A stretch of 64,000 nt of DNA. It comes from Pseudomonadota bacterium (GTDB lineage: Bacteria > Myxococcota > JACRCW01 > JAFGSX01). The notes beneath the pieces are model-generated. The model ran no database searches, was not told the origin of the DNA, and saw nothing but the letters and a program-made list of their open reading frames with translations. The stretch spans positions 32,001 through 96,000 of the forward strand of contig JBDRCO010000003.1 of NCBI GenBank assembly GCA_043821645.1, given 5' to 3'. The translations under genes and the position numbers were made by a program. Positions 39,158 through 49,320 of this stretch are shown here, piece by piece (the first letter of the stretch is position 1; each line of letters begins with the position of its first letter).

Positions 39158-39460
39158 GCCCATTTCGCCACTCTTTGATTCGGTGGTGTGGGGCCCCCGC
39201 GACAGGGCAAGTCTTTTTGTTCTCGCAAGCTGCGAAAAAATCCCTGCCCCTGCGCCCCACACCATCCGATCTGTGCAGCGCGAAATCGGTCTGGCGGGCA
39301 TCGCGGCCATCGGTTCACCGCGCCTTGACCTGGCCACGGCTCGTCTGGTGACGCCGTGCGGGAAACCACCTCGCCCCCGCGAGCCGGATCTGTCCTCGAT
39401 GCGCCTGCTTGCCACATCTCGTATGCTCGCATCCTGACCACGCGCAGCGGGGCATGGGTG

Positions 39461-41062
39461 ATGGGCAGCGCGGACAACTTGCAGCACGCACCAGCTCGCC
39501 CCGGGGAAGCCGGATCCGCTGCGCGCGCCGTGGTGCGGGCGCCGCTTCTCGCCGCCTTCGCCACCCTGGCGTTTGCCCTCGTCGACCTGGGGAGCACTCC
39601 AGCGCTGCATGGGGACGAGGCGTGGGTGCTGCTGCGCATCCTCGGCTTCGAGTGGCCTCACCTACCCTTTGCCGGCATGAACGCCTACACGGGGCCCGCG
39701 TGGTTGCTCCTGCTGTGGCCCATCGTCGCGATCGCAGGCCCGAGCACCCTCGTGCTGCGCCTGACCGCGGCGCTCGTTCAGGCGTGCAGCAGCGCCCTGC
39801 TCGTCGACGTGGCGCGACGTGCCTTCGGCGTCCAGTGGACCTCCCCCTGGCGCGTGCTGCTGCTGTGCAGTGCCCCCTTTGCCGTCTGCTACGGCCGCTT
39901 TGGCGTGGAGCTCACCACCGTCGTTCCACTGCTGCTGCTCGGTGGCGTCCGTCTGCTTGTAGTCTCGCCGCGTTCTGGTCGCCGGGCGCGTTGGCTGTGG
40001 GCCCTCGGCGGGCTGCTGCTGGGGCTGGCCTGCTACACGCACATCCTCGCCGTGATGCTGGTGGGCGCCGGAGCTGCCTCCGCCGCGCTTCGTGGTGCCG
40101 GCCTCAGAGCGCTGGTCGAGCGATGGCGACTCGCGCTGCTCGGGGGCGTGATCGGCATCGCGCCGAGCTTGTGGATGCTGGGCTCTGGAGCGGGGGGAAG
40201 CGGCTTCGAGCTCGGTCTTGCAGCCATACAGCGGCGATCCTGGGTCGACGCGCTCCTGGGCGCGCCCGCCATGTTCGAGGGCGTGCTCGACGGATGGATC
40301 GTGTTCTTGCAGTTCTGTGGCGAGCTCCGCGTGCCGGTGTTGCCCTGGGTGTCCGTCGCCTTGCTCGCCCTGCTGGTCCTGTGCGCCCGCGACGGCGGCC
40401 TGCGTGTGCTGCGTGAAGACCTCGCGCTGGCGGCCTTTGCCCTGTTTGGAACGATAGGCATCGCGCTGGTCGCGCCCTCGCCGCATCCCCGTTACTTGCT
40501 GGTGCCGGCCACGGTGGCCCTGGTGCTGCTGGTCCGGCTGCAACAGCGTCTGGGCCAGTCCGGATCCGCTCGCATGCGTGGCTTCGCCCGGGCCGTGCTT
40601 CCACTCCTGGTGTGCCTGCAGGTCGCGCAGCTGGGCGTGAACTTCTTCTGGACCTACCGCGAGCACCAGGGGGTCCCTCTGGTCGTCGAGGCCAGGGGAA
40701 ATGTCCAGGTGAGCGCCAACGAGTTCATCGAGACTGCCGAGCTTCGCGCGCAGCTCGCGGACCAGGGCGTGGTCGCCGTGCTCGGGGCACCCTTGCTGGT
40801 GTGGACCCTCCTGCACGAGGATCTGGTGGCGCAACGCTTCGCCCTGGGTGAGCTGCCGCCCGGGCAGCTTCCGCCCACGGACCCTCGCCTGGCCTCGGTG
40901 AAGACGGCGATCGTGTACTACAACGGCGACAACCTGTGGGCCGGGCAGCTGTACGACTTCACGAACATCGAGCGCATCGCGGGGTCCCAGCGAAGCTTCG
41001 TCCGCGACCGCCGCTTCGACGCTCGCTTTGCGGTCTTTGTCGCCGCAGCCTCCGGTTGGTGA
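39461..41062 (+). CDS. Polytopic membrane protein, ArnT/PMT-like (GT-C) glycosyltransferase
   Basis: LHGDEAW acidic loop motif after the first TM helix, many TM helices, HPRYLL motif. Start uncertain. Confidence 0.6.
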   Translation: MGSADNLQHAPARPGEAGSAARAVVRAPLLAAFATLAFALVDLGSTPALHGDEAWVLLRILGFEWPHLPFAGMNAYTGPAWLLLLWPIVAIAGPSTLVLRLTAALVQACSSALLVDVARRAFGVQWTSPWRVLLLCSAPFAVCYGRFGVELTTVVPLLLLGGVRLLVVSPRSGRRARWLWALGGLLLGLACYTHILAVMLVGAGAASAALRGAGLRALVERWRLALLGGVIGIAPSLWMLGSGAGGSGFELGLAAIQRRSWVDALLGAPAMFEGVLDGWIVFLQFCGELRVPVLPWVSVALLALLVLCARDGGLRVLREDLALAAFALFGTIGIALVAPSPHPRYLLVPATVALVLLVRLQQRLGQSGSARMRGFARAVLPLLVCLQVAQLGVNFFWTYREHQGVPLVVEARGNVQVSANEFIETAELRAQLADQGVVAVLGAPLLVWTLLHEDLVAQRFALGELPPGQLPPTDPRLASVKTAIVYYNGDNLWAGQLYDFTNIERIAGSQRSFVRDRRFDARFAVFVAAASGW

Positions 41063-41080
41063 GCCGGGCGCGGCCAGATT

Positions 41081-41383
41081 TTACTTCTTCTTGAACAGCG
41101 CCTCGAGCTTGGCCTTGGCCTCGTCGATCTGGCCGGCGCCCTCGCGCTCGCCGTCGATGAACTTGAAGAAGCCACAGAAGTTGAACTTCTCCTTGTCCGG
41201 CACGTAGTCGCTGGTGGGCTCGTGGCAACTGTTGTGGGCGCCCGGATCATACATCTGGCAGTTCATGCAGCAGTGCAGGTCCGCGGCGCAGTGCGGGCAG
41301 TTGTCGCGCTGGCTCATCTTCACCTCGAAGATGAGCTCGTTGTGGCACTTGTGGCAGAAGAAGGTCGGGTCCGGCGTCAGCAT
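41081..41383 (-). CDS. Small Cys-rich, probably Zn-binding protein
   Basis: CHKC, CPHC..LHCCMNC, C..E..NFCGFF, C-terminal KAKLEALFKK. Confidence 0.75.
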   Translation of the reverse strand: MLTPDPTFFCHKCHNELIFEVKMSQRDNCPHCAADLHCCMNCQMYDPGAHNSCHEPTSDYVPDKEKFNFCGFFKFIDGEREGAGQIDEAKAKLEALFKKK

Positions 41384-41498
41384 GTCTGCTCCTGGGGGTC
41401 GACAGGATCCCTGTTCTCTAGCAGACCTGCTGGCGAAGGCGAAGGGCTCTTTGTCGTGCGCGCCGCGGCTCCCCGGGGCCTGCTCGCATCGCCGGGGC

Positions 41499-42893
41499 TC
41501 AGTCGCTGCGTTCGTCGCGCGCGCGGGTGCGCAGGGTCTTCGCGTCGACGCCGTGCTTGCGCATGATCCCCCACAGGTTCTTGCGATCCATGCCCGCGTG
41601 GCGGGCGGCCTGGGAGATGTTGCCGTCGTACAGACCCAGCACGCGGTTGACGTAGCGCATCTCGAAATCGTCGACCACGTGCCGCTTCTCCTCCTTGAAG
41701 GTGCGGGGCGCCGTGCCCTCGCTGACCACGCTGTCCTCCTCGAACATGAGATCGCCGAGATCGATGACGCGCCCCTGCGCCATGACCACCGCCTGCTGCA
41801 CCTTGTTCTCGAGCTCGCGCACGTTGCCTGGCCAGGGGTAGCCCACCAGCCTCTGCATGGCGGCCGGCGAGAAGCTCTCGATGGGCTTTTCGGATTCTTC
41901 CTTGTACTTGCGCAAGAAGTGGCTGGCGAGGAGGGCGATGTCGCTCTTGCGCTCGCGCAGCGGAGGCAGGGTGATGGGGACGATGTTCAGGCGGTAGTAC
42001 AGGTCCTCGCGGAACACGTTGCGCTGCACCATGGTCTTCAGGTCGCGGTTGGTCGCGGTGACGATGCGCAGGTCCGCGCGCAGCGTGCGTGGGCTGCCCA
42101 GGGGCTTGAACTCCTTGCTCTGCAAGAAGCGCAGCAGCTTGACCTGGACGCTCTGGCTGAGGTCGCCGATCTCGTCGAGGAACAGGGTCCCACCGTTGGC
42201 TTCCTCGACCAGTCCCGGGGTGTCGCGATGGGCATCGGTGAAGGCGCCGCGCTTGTAGCCGAACAGCTCGCTTTCAAGCAGGGTGTCGGGCAGGGCGCCG
42301 CAGTTGACGGTGACAAAGGGCTTGGTCGAGCGCTTGGACATGCGGTGCAGGGTCTGGGCGATGAGCTCCTTGCCGGTGCCACTTTCCCCGTAGACGATGA
42401 CCGCGGCGTCGGTCTGCGCGGTCAATGGCAGGCGCGCCATGATGCGCTGCATGGACTGCGAGGTGCCGACGATGTGGGGTGCCGCGCCGCCGGTGGCGCT
42501 CTCCATGCGCAGGCGGGTGACTTCTTCGGTCAGGCGCAGGGCCTCGAGCACGCGCCGCACGCGGTGGTTGAACACCTCCTTGGTCACCGGCTTGGTGATG
42601 TAGTCGGCGGCACCCATGCGCAGCAGGCGCACCGCGTCCTCGATCGAGGCGTGGGCGGTCATGATGAGCACGGGGGTGGTGGGGCGCAGCTCGAGCACGG
42701 CCTTGAGCACGTCCTCACCGCTGGCCACGGGCATGCGAATGTCCGTGACCACGAGTTCTGCCCCCTGTTCCCGGAACCTATCGATGGCCTCTCCGCCATC
42801 GGAGGCGAAGATCAGCTCGTAGTCCTCGCCCCGGGCGTAGATGCGCAGCAGATCGCGCGAGGTCGGATCGTCGTCAGCTATCAGGACTCGCAT
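41499..42893 (-). CDS. Sigma-54-dependent response regulator (NtrC/Fis family)
   Basis: Receiver domain (LIADDD..TDIRMP), GESGTGKE, GAFTDA, LFLDEIG, WPGNVREL, Fis-type HTH. Confidence 0.95.
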   Translation of the reverse strand: MRVLIADDDPTSRDLLRIYARGEDYELIFASDGGEAIDRFREQGAELVVTDIRMPVASGEDVLKAVLELRPTTPVLIMTAHASIEDAVRLLRMGAADYITKPVTKEVFNHRVRRVLEALRLTEEVTRLRMESATGGAAPHIVGTSQSMQRIMARLPLTAQTDAAVIVYGESGTGKELIAQTLHRMSKRSTKPFVTVNCGALPDTLLESELFGYKRGAFTDAHRDTPGLVEEANGGTLFLDEIGDLSQSVQVKLLRFLQSKEFKPLGSPRTLRADLRIVTATNRDLKTMVQRNVFREDLYYRLNIVPITLPPLRERKSDIALLASHFLRKYKEESEKPIESFSPAAMQRLVGYPWPGNVRELENKVQQAVVMAQGRVIDLGDLMFEEDSVVSEGTAPRTFKEEKRHVVDDFEMRYVNRVLGLYDGNISQAARHAGMDRKNLWGIMRKHGVDAKTLRTRARDERSD

Positions 42894-43018
42894 GCACGCT
42901 CCCCCCATTCCGAACCGCAAGTGTGGCTTCGCTGCCACGCGGACGCCGCCCATATTTTTAGGAGTTCTGTCCTGTTGTCAAGGTACGTGGTGTCATTGCC
43001 ACGCATTGCCGAGGACCC

Positions 43019-45589
43019 GTGACGAAACCACGCGGGCCTGCTTTGATAGCCCTCGTGGGGCCAGGCGGGGCATCCGGGGAGGTCGTGGTGAACTGCGAGC
43101 AGGAGCTGCGGCGGGCGCTGGGCGATTCGTCGGTGTCGGTTCTCGACGTGGACCGCTGGGCCTATGCCCGCGACCTGTCGGTGCGAGGCATCATCCGGGC
43201 GCGGGGCGGCGCGGCTTTTTCGCGACCGCTTGCGGTGGTGTGGCCTCGCAGCAGCGCACAGTTGCAGGAACTGGTGGCCCTGGCTCGGCAGCACCACCTC
43301 GAGCTGGTTCCCTACGGCGCTGGCTCCGGTGTCGTCGGCGGCCTCGAGGCGGGCTCCAGAACCGTGGTCGTCGATCTCAAGCGCTTCGACGCGCTGGAAC
43401 TGGACGCCGGGCGCGGCGAGGCGGTGGCCGGAGCCGGGGTCATCGGTGAGCAGCTCGAGCGCTGGCTCAACGAGCGCGGCTTCTCGCTGGGGCACTTTCC
43501 GTCGTCGATCTACTGCAGCACCGTGGGTGGCTGGGTGGCGACCCGCTCGGCCGGTCAGCTGTCGTCGCGCTACGGAAAGATCGAGGACATGGTGCGCTGG
43601 GTCGAGGGCGTGGACGGTTGCGGGCGGGTGTGGCGCCTGAACCGTGGCGACCGGGACCTCGACGCTCTGGGCCTCGCGGTGGGCAGCGAGGGTGGGCTGA
43701 TCATCCTCACCCGCATCGGGCTGTCGGTGCATCGCCTGCCGTCCCACCGGGCGCTGCGCGGCGCGGACTTTCCGTCGGTGGTGCAGGCCCTGGATGCGAT
43801 GCGGCAGATCATGCGCGCGGGTCTGGCGCCGGTGATCCTGCGCCTGTACGACCCGCTGGATACGCTGCTGTCCGGCCATTCCGGGGGCGAAGCCGACGAA
43901 GCAGCGAGTGCCGTGGAGCGCGGCGTGGTGGGTCGGGCCGGGCTCGAGCAGATCCGCGCCCCGGGGCTGGCCTCCGCTCCTGGCGCGGACGACCCCTCGC
44001 GCTCCTTGCTGGCACGTCTGGCGAACGCCTTGGGCATCGAGGAGAGCACGGCCGATGCGTCCCGATCCGCGCTGCGGCGGCTGGCGGTCCTTGGCAGCGG
44101 TGCGTGGCCGCGCCTGGGTGGGCTGCTGGCAGATCGCGCGCGGCGTTGCCGCATCGTCTATGGCTTCGAGGGCAGTGAAGACGAGGTGACGGCGGCGGAG
44201 CAGGCGGCCCGGTCGCTGGTCGAGGCCTGCGGCGGCACCGACCGTGGTGCAGGGCCAGGGCGCCACTGGCTCGACCGGCGCTATGCCGTGTCGTACAAGA
44301 TGAGCCGCGTGCTCGATGCCGGTCTGTGGGTCGACACCTTCGAGGTGGCTGCCCGCTGGTCGCGCTTGCTCGATGTGTACCACGCGGTCCGCCACGCCGT
44401 GCAGGGCAACGCGCTGTGCCTGGCGCACTTCTCCCACGCCTATGTGGACGGCTGCTCCATCTACTTCTCCTTCGTCGGGGGTGGCGATGGGGTCGATGAG
44501 GCCGTGGCCCAGCATGCCGAGGCCTGGCGGGCCGGGCTGTGGGCAGCGCGCGGCGCCGGAGCGGTGCTCAGCCACCACCATGGCATCGGTCGCCTCAAGG
44601 CCGAGGTCCTGGCTGGCACGGAAGGCCCTGGCTCGACGCTGCTGCGCTCCACTCTCAAGCGCTGCTTCGACCCGGATGCCGTGCTCAATCCCGGGGTGCT
44701 GACCAGTCCGAGCGCGAGCCTGGACGCGGATCAGCAGGCGCAGGCCTCTCCCACCCTCACGGGCCTGCGACCACTGCACGGCTTCGAGCTGGACATGTCC
44801 AGTGGCCTGGTTCGCGTGCCACCACAGCTGGCTCTTGGCGAGCTGGCGCGACGGCTGGCGCGCGTCGATCTCGAACTCGGCGCACGCCCGGCGGCCTTCG
44901 GGGACCTCACCGTCCAGGGCGCTCTGCGTCTGCAGGACCCGCGCATCCTGGCTCGGCTGACCTCGATCGAGGCGCGGATCCAGGGCCAGGCACTGTCCGC
45001 TCCCCTGGCGCCGAGAGCAGCCACCGGCTCGGATCTCAAGGCCTTCGTCGTCGGCGAGGAGGCGCCGCCGGTGCACCTGGACAGGTTGTGGCTGGCGGTG
45101 CGCGAGCTGGTCGCGCCCAGCGCGGTGAGCTTCGACTGCGGTCAGCCATCGAGGCTCGCCGAGACCGCGAGCTGGCTGGTCGAGGTTGGTGCCACCGCGG
45201 TGGAACTCTCCGTCGCTGCTGGCCGGGCGAGGCTGACCTTGTGGGTGCCGGGTGCCGGACCAGGATGGGCGGTCTGGCAGGCCAGGGTGGAGCTGTTGAA
45301 GCGGCGCTTCGGAGAGGTCGTGTCCCAGGATGGGGACTGGGCCGCCGCCGGCCCCGCCACAGGGTGGTGCGAACCCCTGCTGGTGTTCTTCGACGTCGAT
45401 CTGGCGGCGCTGCTGCAGCGGCTGCTGGTGCGCGGACCGGACAGCTCAGCACGCCTGCAACTCGCGCCCCGCGGTGGCCTGGTCCTCTCCGGCTGCAGCG
45501 CTGTCGAGGTCGAGGATATCGCGGCCCGGGGACGCTCGGGATGGGCCCCCCTGCTGGGTCTGGCCGCGCAGGCGGGGGGGGGCGCATGA
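43019..45589 (+). CDS. FAD-linked oxidoreductase, alkyl-DHAP-synthase-like, with a degenerate C-terminal extension
   Basis: PYGAGSGV, GHFPSS..STVGGWVATRSAGQLSSRYGKIED, GSEG, HFSHAY..G.SIYF, SHHHGIG, LNPG; extra domain with RAATGSDL. Confidence 0.85.
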   Translation: MTKPRGPALIALVGPGGASGEVVVNCEQELRRALGDSSVSVLDVDRWAYARDLSVRGIIRARGGAAFSRPLAVVWPRSSAQLQELVALARQHHLELVPYGAGSGVVGGLEAGSRTVVVDLKRFDALELDAGRGEAVAGAGVIGEQLERWLNERGFSLGHFPSSIYCSTVGGWVATRSAGQLSSRYGKIEDMVRWVEGVDGCGRVWRLNRGDRDLDALGLAVGSEGGLIILTRIGLSVHRLPSHRALRGADFPSVVQALDAMRQIMRAGLAPVILRLYDPLDTLLSGHSGGEADEAASAVERGVVGRAGLEQIRAPGLASAPGADDPSRSLLARLANALGIEESTADASRSALRRLAVLGSGAWPRLGGLLADRARRCRIVYGFEGSEDEVTAAEQAARSLVEACGGTDRGAGPGRHWLDRRYAVSYKMSRVLDAGLWVDTFEVAARWSRLLDVYHAVRHAVQGNALCLAHFSHAYVDGCSIYFSFVGGGDGVDEAVAQHAEAWRAGLWAARGAGAVLSHHHGIGRLKAEVLAGTEGPGSTLLRSTLKRCFDPDAVLNPGVLTSPSASLDADQQAQASPTLTGLRPLHGFELDMSSGLVRVPPQLALGELARRLARVDLELGARPAAFGDLTVQGALRLQDPRILARLTSIEARIQGQALSAPLAPRAATGSDLKAFVVGEEAPPVHLDRLWLAVRELVAPSAVSFDCGQPSRLAETASWLVEVGATAVELSVAAGRARLTLWVPGAGPGWAVWQARVELLKRRFGEVVSQDGDWAAAGPATGWCEPLLVFFDVDLAALLQRLLVRGPDSSARLQLAPRGGLVLSGCSAVEVEDIAARGRSGWAPLLGLAAQAGGGA

Positions 45590-46683
45590 GCACCACCCGT
45601 CGTGATACCGATGCCCACGCGCGCGAGCACGCGCTGTGCACCTACTGCCCCAAGATGTGCCGGGCGGTGTGCCCGGTCGGCACCGCAGAAGCCAGGGAGA
45701 CGACCTCCACCTGGGGCAAGATGTGGCAGGCCTTTCGCTGCGCAGAACATGGCGAGCCCATCGACGCCGAGGTCGCGCGGGTGTTCGACGCGTGCACGGG
45801 CTGCGGCGCCTGCACGGCGTTCTGCGAGCACGGGGTGGATGCGGCGAGCGCCCTGGTGGCCATGCGTGCGCGTGCCTATCAGGAGGGCTGGTCGGTGCGC
45901 GCGGACCTTCTCGCCGAGCGCTTTGACCGTCTGTCCCGCTGCACCGATCAAGATCTTGGACAACTGGATCGCGAGGAGATCACCGCGGCGCCCTCCTCGA
46001 TCGCACTGCTCCCCGGGGCCCAGACCCTGCTGCGGCGTCCTGGTCTGGCCGGGCTGACCTGCCGCGTGCTGTCGGATCTGGGCGCGGGGTGCGGTGCGCT
46101 GCCGGATCTCGCCCGCGGTCTCGACGTCGGACAGTCCCTGTACTGGAGTGGCTTGCTGGAGCGCTTCGATGCGCACGCCCAGAACGTGGCCGCGGCCCTG
46201 ACGCGCGTGGCCACGGTGGTGTGCGTGGATCCGGAAGATGCCTACTTCCTGGGCGTCATCTACCCGCGCAGGGGGGTGTCGGTGACGCCGCGCATCAGCA
46301 CGGTGGTCGAGGAACTCGGCCGGGTGGTGGACAGGCTCGTGCTGCGCCCGGGACCCGTGGTGGCCTACCACGACTCCTGTCATCTGGGTCGCCGCCTGGG
46401 TGCCTACGTGGCTCCGCGGCGCATCATCGAGCGCGTGCTCGGCGAGCCACCCCTCGAGTACGCCTGGACCCGCGAGCACGCGGAGTGCGCCGGGGGAGGG
46501 GGCCTCTATCTCGAGAGCAATCCCGAGGGAGCCCTGGCGATCGCGACGCGACGCTGGAACAGTAGACCACAGGGGGCCCAGGCCATCGTGACCACCTGCC
46601 CGACCGCCGTGGTGCTGCTGCGGCGGGCCGGTGGCGAGGCGCTGGATGTCATCGAGCTGGTGGCAGGCGAACGTCTGCCCTGA
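45586..46683 (+). CDS. Fe-S oxidoreductase (GlpC/CCG-domain family)
   Basis: CTYCPKMCRAVCP, CTGCGACTAFC, YHDSCHLGR, ECAGGGG, TTCP. Confidence 0.85.
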   Translation: MSTTRRDTDAHAREHALCTYCPKMCRAVCPVGTAEARETTSTWGKMWQAFRCAEHGEPIDAEVARVFDACTGCGACTAFCEHGVDAASALVAMRARAYQEGWSVRADLLAERFDRLSRCTDQDLGQLDREEITAAPSSIALLPGAQTLLRRPGLAGLTCRVLSDLGAGCGALPDLARGLDVGQSLYWSGLLERFDAHAQNVAAALTRVATVVCVDPEDAYFLGVIYPRRGVSVTPRISTVVEELGRVVDRLVLRPGPVVAYHDSCHLGRRLGAYVAPRRIIERVLGEPPLEYAWTREHAECAGGGGLYLESNPEGALAIATRRWNSRPQGAQAIVTTCPTAVVLLRRAGGEALDVIELVAGERLP

Positions 46684-46713
46684 CAAGCGGGTGCCCGGGC
46701 CCGGGGGTCGCAC

Positions 46714-47643
46714 ATGAAAGACCACGCCGTTCTCATCGTGAATCCGCGCTCGGGACGCAACCAGACCGGCCGCCGCTGGAAGGACATGGAGGCGCTGATC
46801 CAGCGCTCACTTCCCGACGTCGTAACGCGCATGACCGAGAGCGCAGGGCACGCCACCGAGCTGACCCGCGAGGCGCTGCGCCAGGGCGCCAGCCTGGTGG
46901 TGGCGGTGGGTGGCGACGGCACCAACAACGAGGTCGTTAACGGTTTCTTTGAACCCTCCGGACAAGCCATCGCTCCCGAGGCCAGCTTTGGATTCATCGC
47001 CGCGGGCACCGGATCCGACCTGGGGCGGAGCTTCGGTCACGGCGGAGGCCTGCGTGCCGCCGCCCAGCGCATCGCGGGTGCGGCGCCGCGCCCCCTCGAC
47101 CTGGGACGCATCACCTACACGGGCCATGACGGGCAGGAACGACAGCGCCTGTTCGTCAACATCGCCTCGTTCGGGGTGTCCGGGCTGGTGGTGCGCACGG
47201 TCAACAGCCGGACCTCAGGCGGCAAGCTGGCCTATGCCATGTCCACCGCCGGCGCCATCTTTCGCTACAAGAGCAGTCCGGTCACGCTGCAGATCGACGA
47301 TGACGAACCGCGCACGCTCGATCTCATGCTCTGCGCGGTGGCCAACGGCCAGTTCTTCGGCGGCGGCATGCAGATTGCTCCCCACGCCGTGCCGGACGAT
47401 GGAAGCTTCGACGTGGTGACCGTGGCGGGCTGGAAACCCATGGGGTTCCTCTCCAACGCACCCAAGGTTTACAGCGGAAGTCACCTCAGCCTGGCGGGGG
47501 TGGAGGAGCACCGTGGTGTTCGCCGGCTGCGCGCGAGCCCGAGTGCCGGCGCCCAGGTGCTCATCGATCTCGATGGGGAGCAGCCAGGGGTGCTCCCCGC
47601 GAGCTTCGAGATCCTTCCGGGAGCGATCCGGATCCGCGGCTGA
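46714..47643 (+). CDS. Diacylglycerol/lipid kinase (YegS/DgkB family)
   Basis: VNPRSG, GGDGTNNEVVNG, GTGSD, NGQFFGGG, DGE. Confidence 0.92.
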   Translation: MKDHAVLIVNPRSGRNQTGRRWKDMEALIQRSLPDVVTRMTESAGHATELTREALRQGASLVVAVGGDGTNNEVVNGFFEPSGQAIAPEASFGFIAAGTGSDLGRSFGHGGGLRAAAQRIAGAAPRPLDLGRITYTGHDGQERQRLFVNIASFGVSGLVVRTVNSRTSGGKLAYAMSTAGAIFRYKSSPVTLQIDDDEPRTLDLMLCAVANGQFFGGGMQIAPHAVPDDGSFDVVTVAGWKPMGFLSNAPKVYSGSHLSLAGVEEHRGVRRLRASPSAGAQVLIDLDGEQPGVLPASFEILPGAIRIRG

Positions 47644-47733
47644 ACACTGTCCACAGGACCCTGGCGCACGCTCCGCATGGCTGGCATTGTCTTTGACCCT
47701 GTGGTTGAATTCGGATTCCGAGGACACGGCACC

Positions 47734-49320
47734 ATGGCTTTCAAGTTGATCGTCGAGGATGCGTCTGGCCCGCAGGGCGAGGTGTTGTTGCGCCCTGGTG
47801 CCAACACGCTGGGCCGTGCCGCGACCTGCAACGTGATGCTCGACTCGCCCTTTCTCTCGCGCCGCCACGCCAGGTTGGTGGTGAGCGGTGACACGCTCGA
47901 GGTGTTTGACCTCGACAGTCACAACGGTCTGTTCGTCAACGGCGCCAAGGTGCGCAAGGCCGGGCTGGTCCAGGGAGATGCGCTGTTCGCTGGCAGCCGC
48001 AAGCTGGTGGTGGTGCACGCCGAGGATGCGGACGTGCAGCGGGATCCCGAGACCCAGATGGTGCGCGCCGCGTTGCCCGAGCAGCTGTTGACCTCGCTGG
48101 ATGATCTACAGGCCCTGGCGCTGCGCGAAGCCCTGAGTTCCGACGACGCCACCGTGCGCAACCTGGCCATGATGTATCGCGTGACCGAGCGCGATGCGCG
48201 CAATCTCGGCCACGACGAGTTCCTGCGCGACATGCTGGATCTGCTGCGCGAGTCGACCCTCGCCAGCCTGGCCATCCTCCTCATCCAAGACGACAAGGGC
48301 GTGTTGATGCCCCGGGCGATCCTTCGCGAGGGAGATGCCAGCTCCTCTCCGGCGCTGCCCAGCACCTGGCCCCTTGCCCGCAAAGTCTGTGATGAGCGCG
48401 AGATCCTGTTCACCCGCGATGTCCAGGCGCCACCAGGGCTTCTCGAACCCCTGTGGTCCGCCGCGGTCCCACTCGCCGTGCTGTGCGCCCCCCTGATCCA
48501 CGAGAACCTGGTGAAGGGCTGCGTGCTGGTGGCGCGCGGCTTCCAGGATTCTGGCTACGCGGACGCGGAGGTCGAGCTGGTTGCCGCCATTGCCCACCTG
48601 CTGGCCGGACGCCTCAGCGAAGAGCCGGTGGAGCGGCCCCCGGAGCGCAGCGACGAGGTCGAGCGCATGGTGCGGTCGGCGCATCCAGGGCGCATGGCGG
48701 ACCGCCTGATGGAGTACCTGCATGGCGGTCCCTTCGGGGGACCGAGCGTGACCCGCGAGCAGGGCGTCGTGGTGTATGCGGAGCTCACCGGCGTCGAGGA
48801 CAAGCTGGATCATGTACCGATCGAGGCGGCCGAGAAGCTGATGGCAGAGTTCCATGCCCGCGCTCTTGAAGCCGCGGATCGCTTTGGCGGCCACCTCGAG
48901 GCCGCCTTCGCGTGCGGGGTGGCGCTGGTCTTCACCGGATCCGAACCGCACACGGCGCTGACGGCCCTGCGTGCCGCGGTCCGCGTCGCCTCGCTGAACC
49001 TGGCGTCGCTGATCCCGGGCTTCGACACGGCGGGTGTTCGCGTCGGGGTCGATGTCGGCCCCTTGACCACCGGTCTCATCGGCCGCGAGCGCGTGATGTA
49101 CATGCTGATGGGCAAGGCCGCTCGGGTGGCAGCGCGCGTCGCTGACGTGGCCCAGAGCGGTCAGGTCGTCGCCACGGCCGAGCTGCGCACCGTCCTGGGC
49201 AATCAGAGCAACGTGCAGGTGGTGGCGCTGGGACCCCATGCCCTGCGCGGCTTTGCACGGCCGGTCGAGCTGTTCTTGCTGGACGATCCCGCGCTGCGGG
49301 GTGAGGAGGGTGCATCGTGA
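47734..49320 (+). CDS. FHA-GAF-class III cyclase-like protein (degenerate cyclase)
   Basis: FHA (LGR..SRRHA..DLDSHNGLFVNG), GAF (VLCAPL), cyclase fold (VRVGVDVG). Confidence 0.8.
   Translation: MAFKLIVEDASGPQGEVLLRPGANTLGRAATCNVMLDSPFLSRRHARLVVSGDTLEVFDLDSHNGLFVNGAKVRKAGLVQGDALFAGSRKLVVVHAEDADVQRDPETQMVRAALPEQLLTSLDDLQALALREALSSDDATVRNLAMMYRVTERDARNLGHDEFLRDMLDLLRESTLASLAILLIQDDKGVLMPRAILREGDASSSPALPSTWPLARKVCDEREILFTRDVQAPPGLLEPLWSAAVPLAVLCAPLIHENLVKGCVLVARGFQDSGYADAEVELVAAIAHLLAGRLSEEPVERPPERSDEVERMVRSAHPGRMADRLMEYLHGGPFGGPSVTREQGVVVYAELTGVEDKLDHVPIEAAEKLMAEFHARALEAADRFGGHLEAAFACGVALVFTGSEPHTALTALRAAVRVASLNLASLIPGFDTAGVRVGVDVGPLTTGLIGRERVMYMLMGKAARVAARVADVAQSGQVVATAELRTVLGNQSNVQVVALGPHALRGFARPVELFLLDDPALRGEEGAS

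Noticed and set aside
39158-39350. Possible terminator or ncRNA after the thiolase gene
   Set aside because: Only imperfect hairpins without a clear U-tract; no recognisable RNA family.
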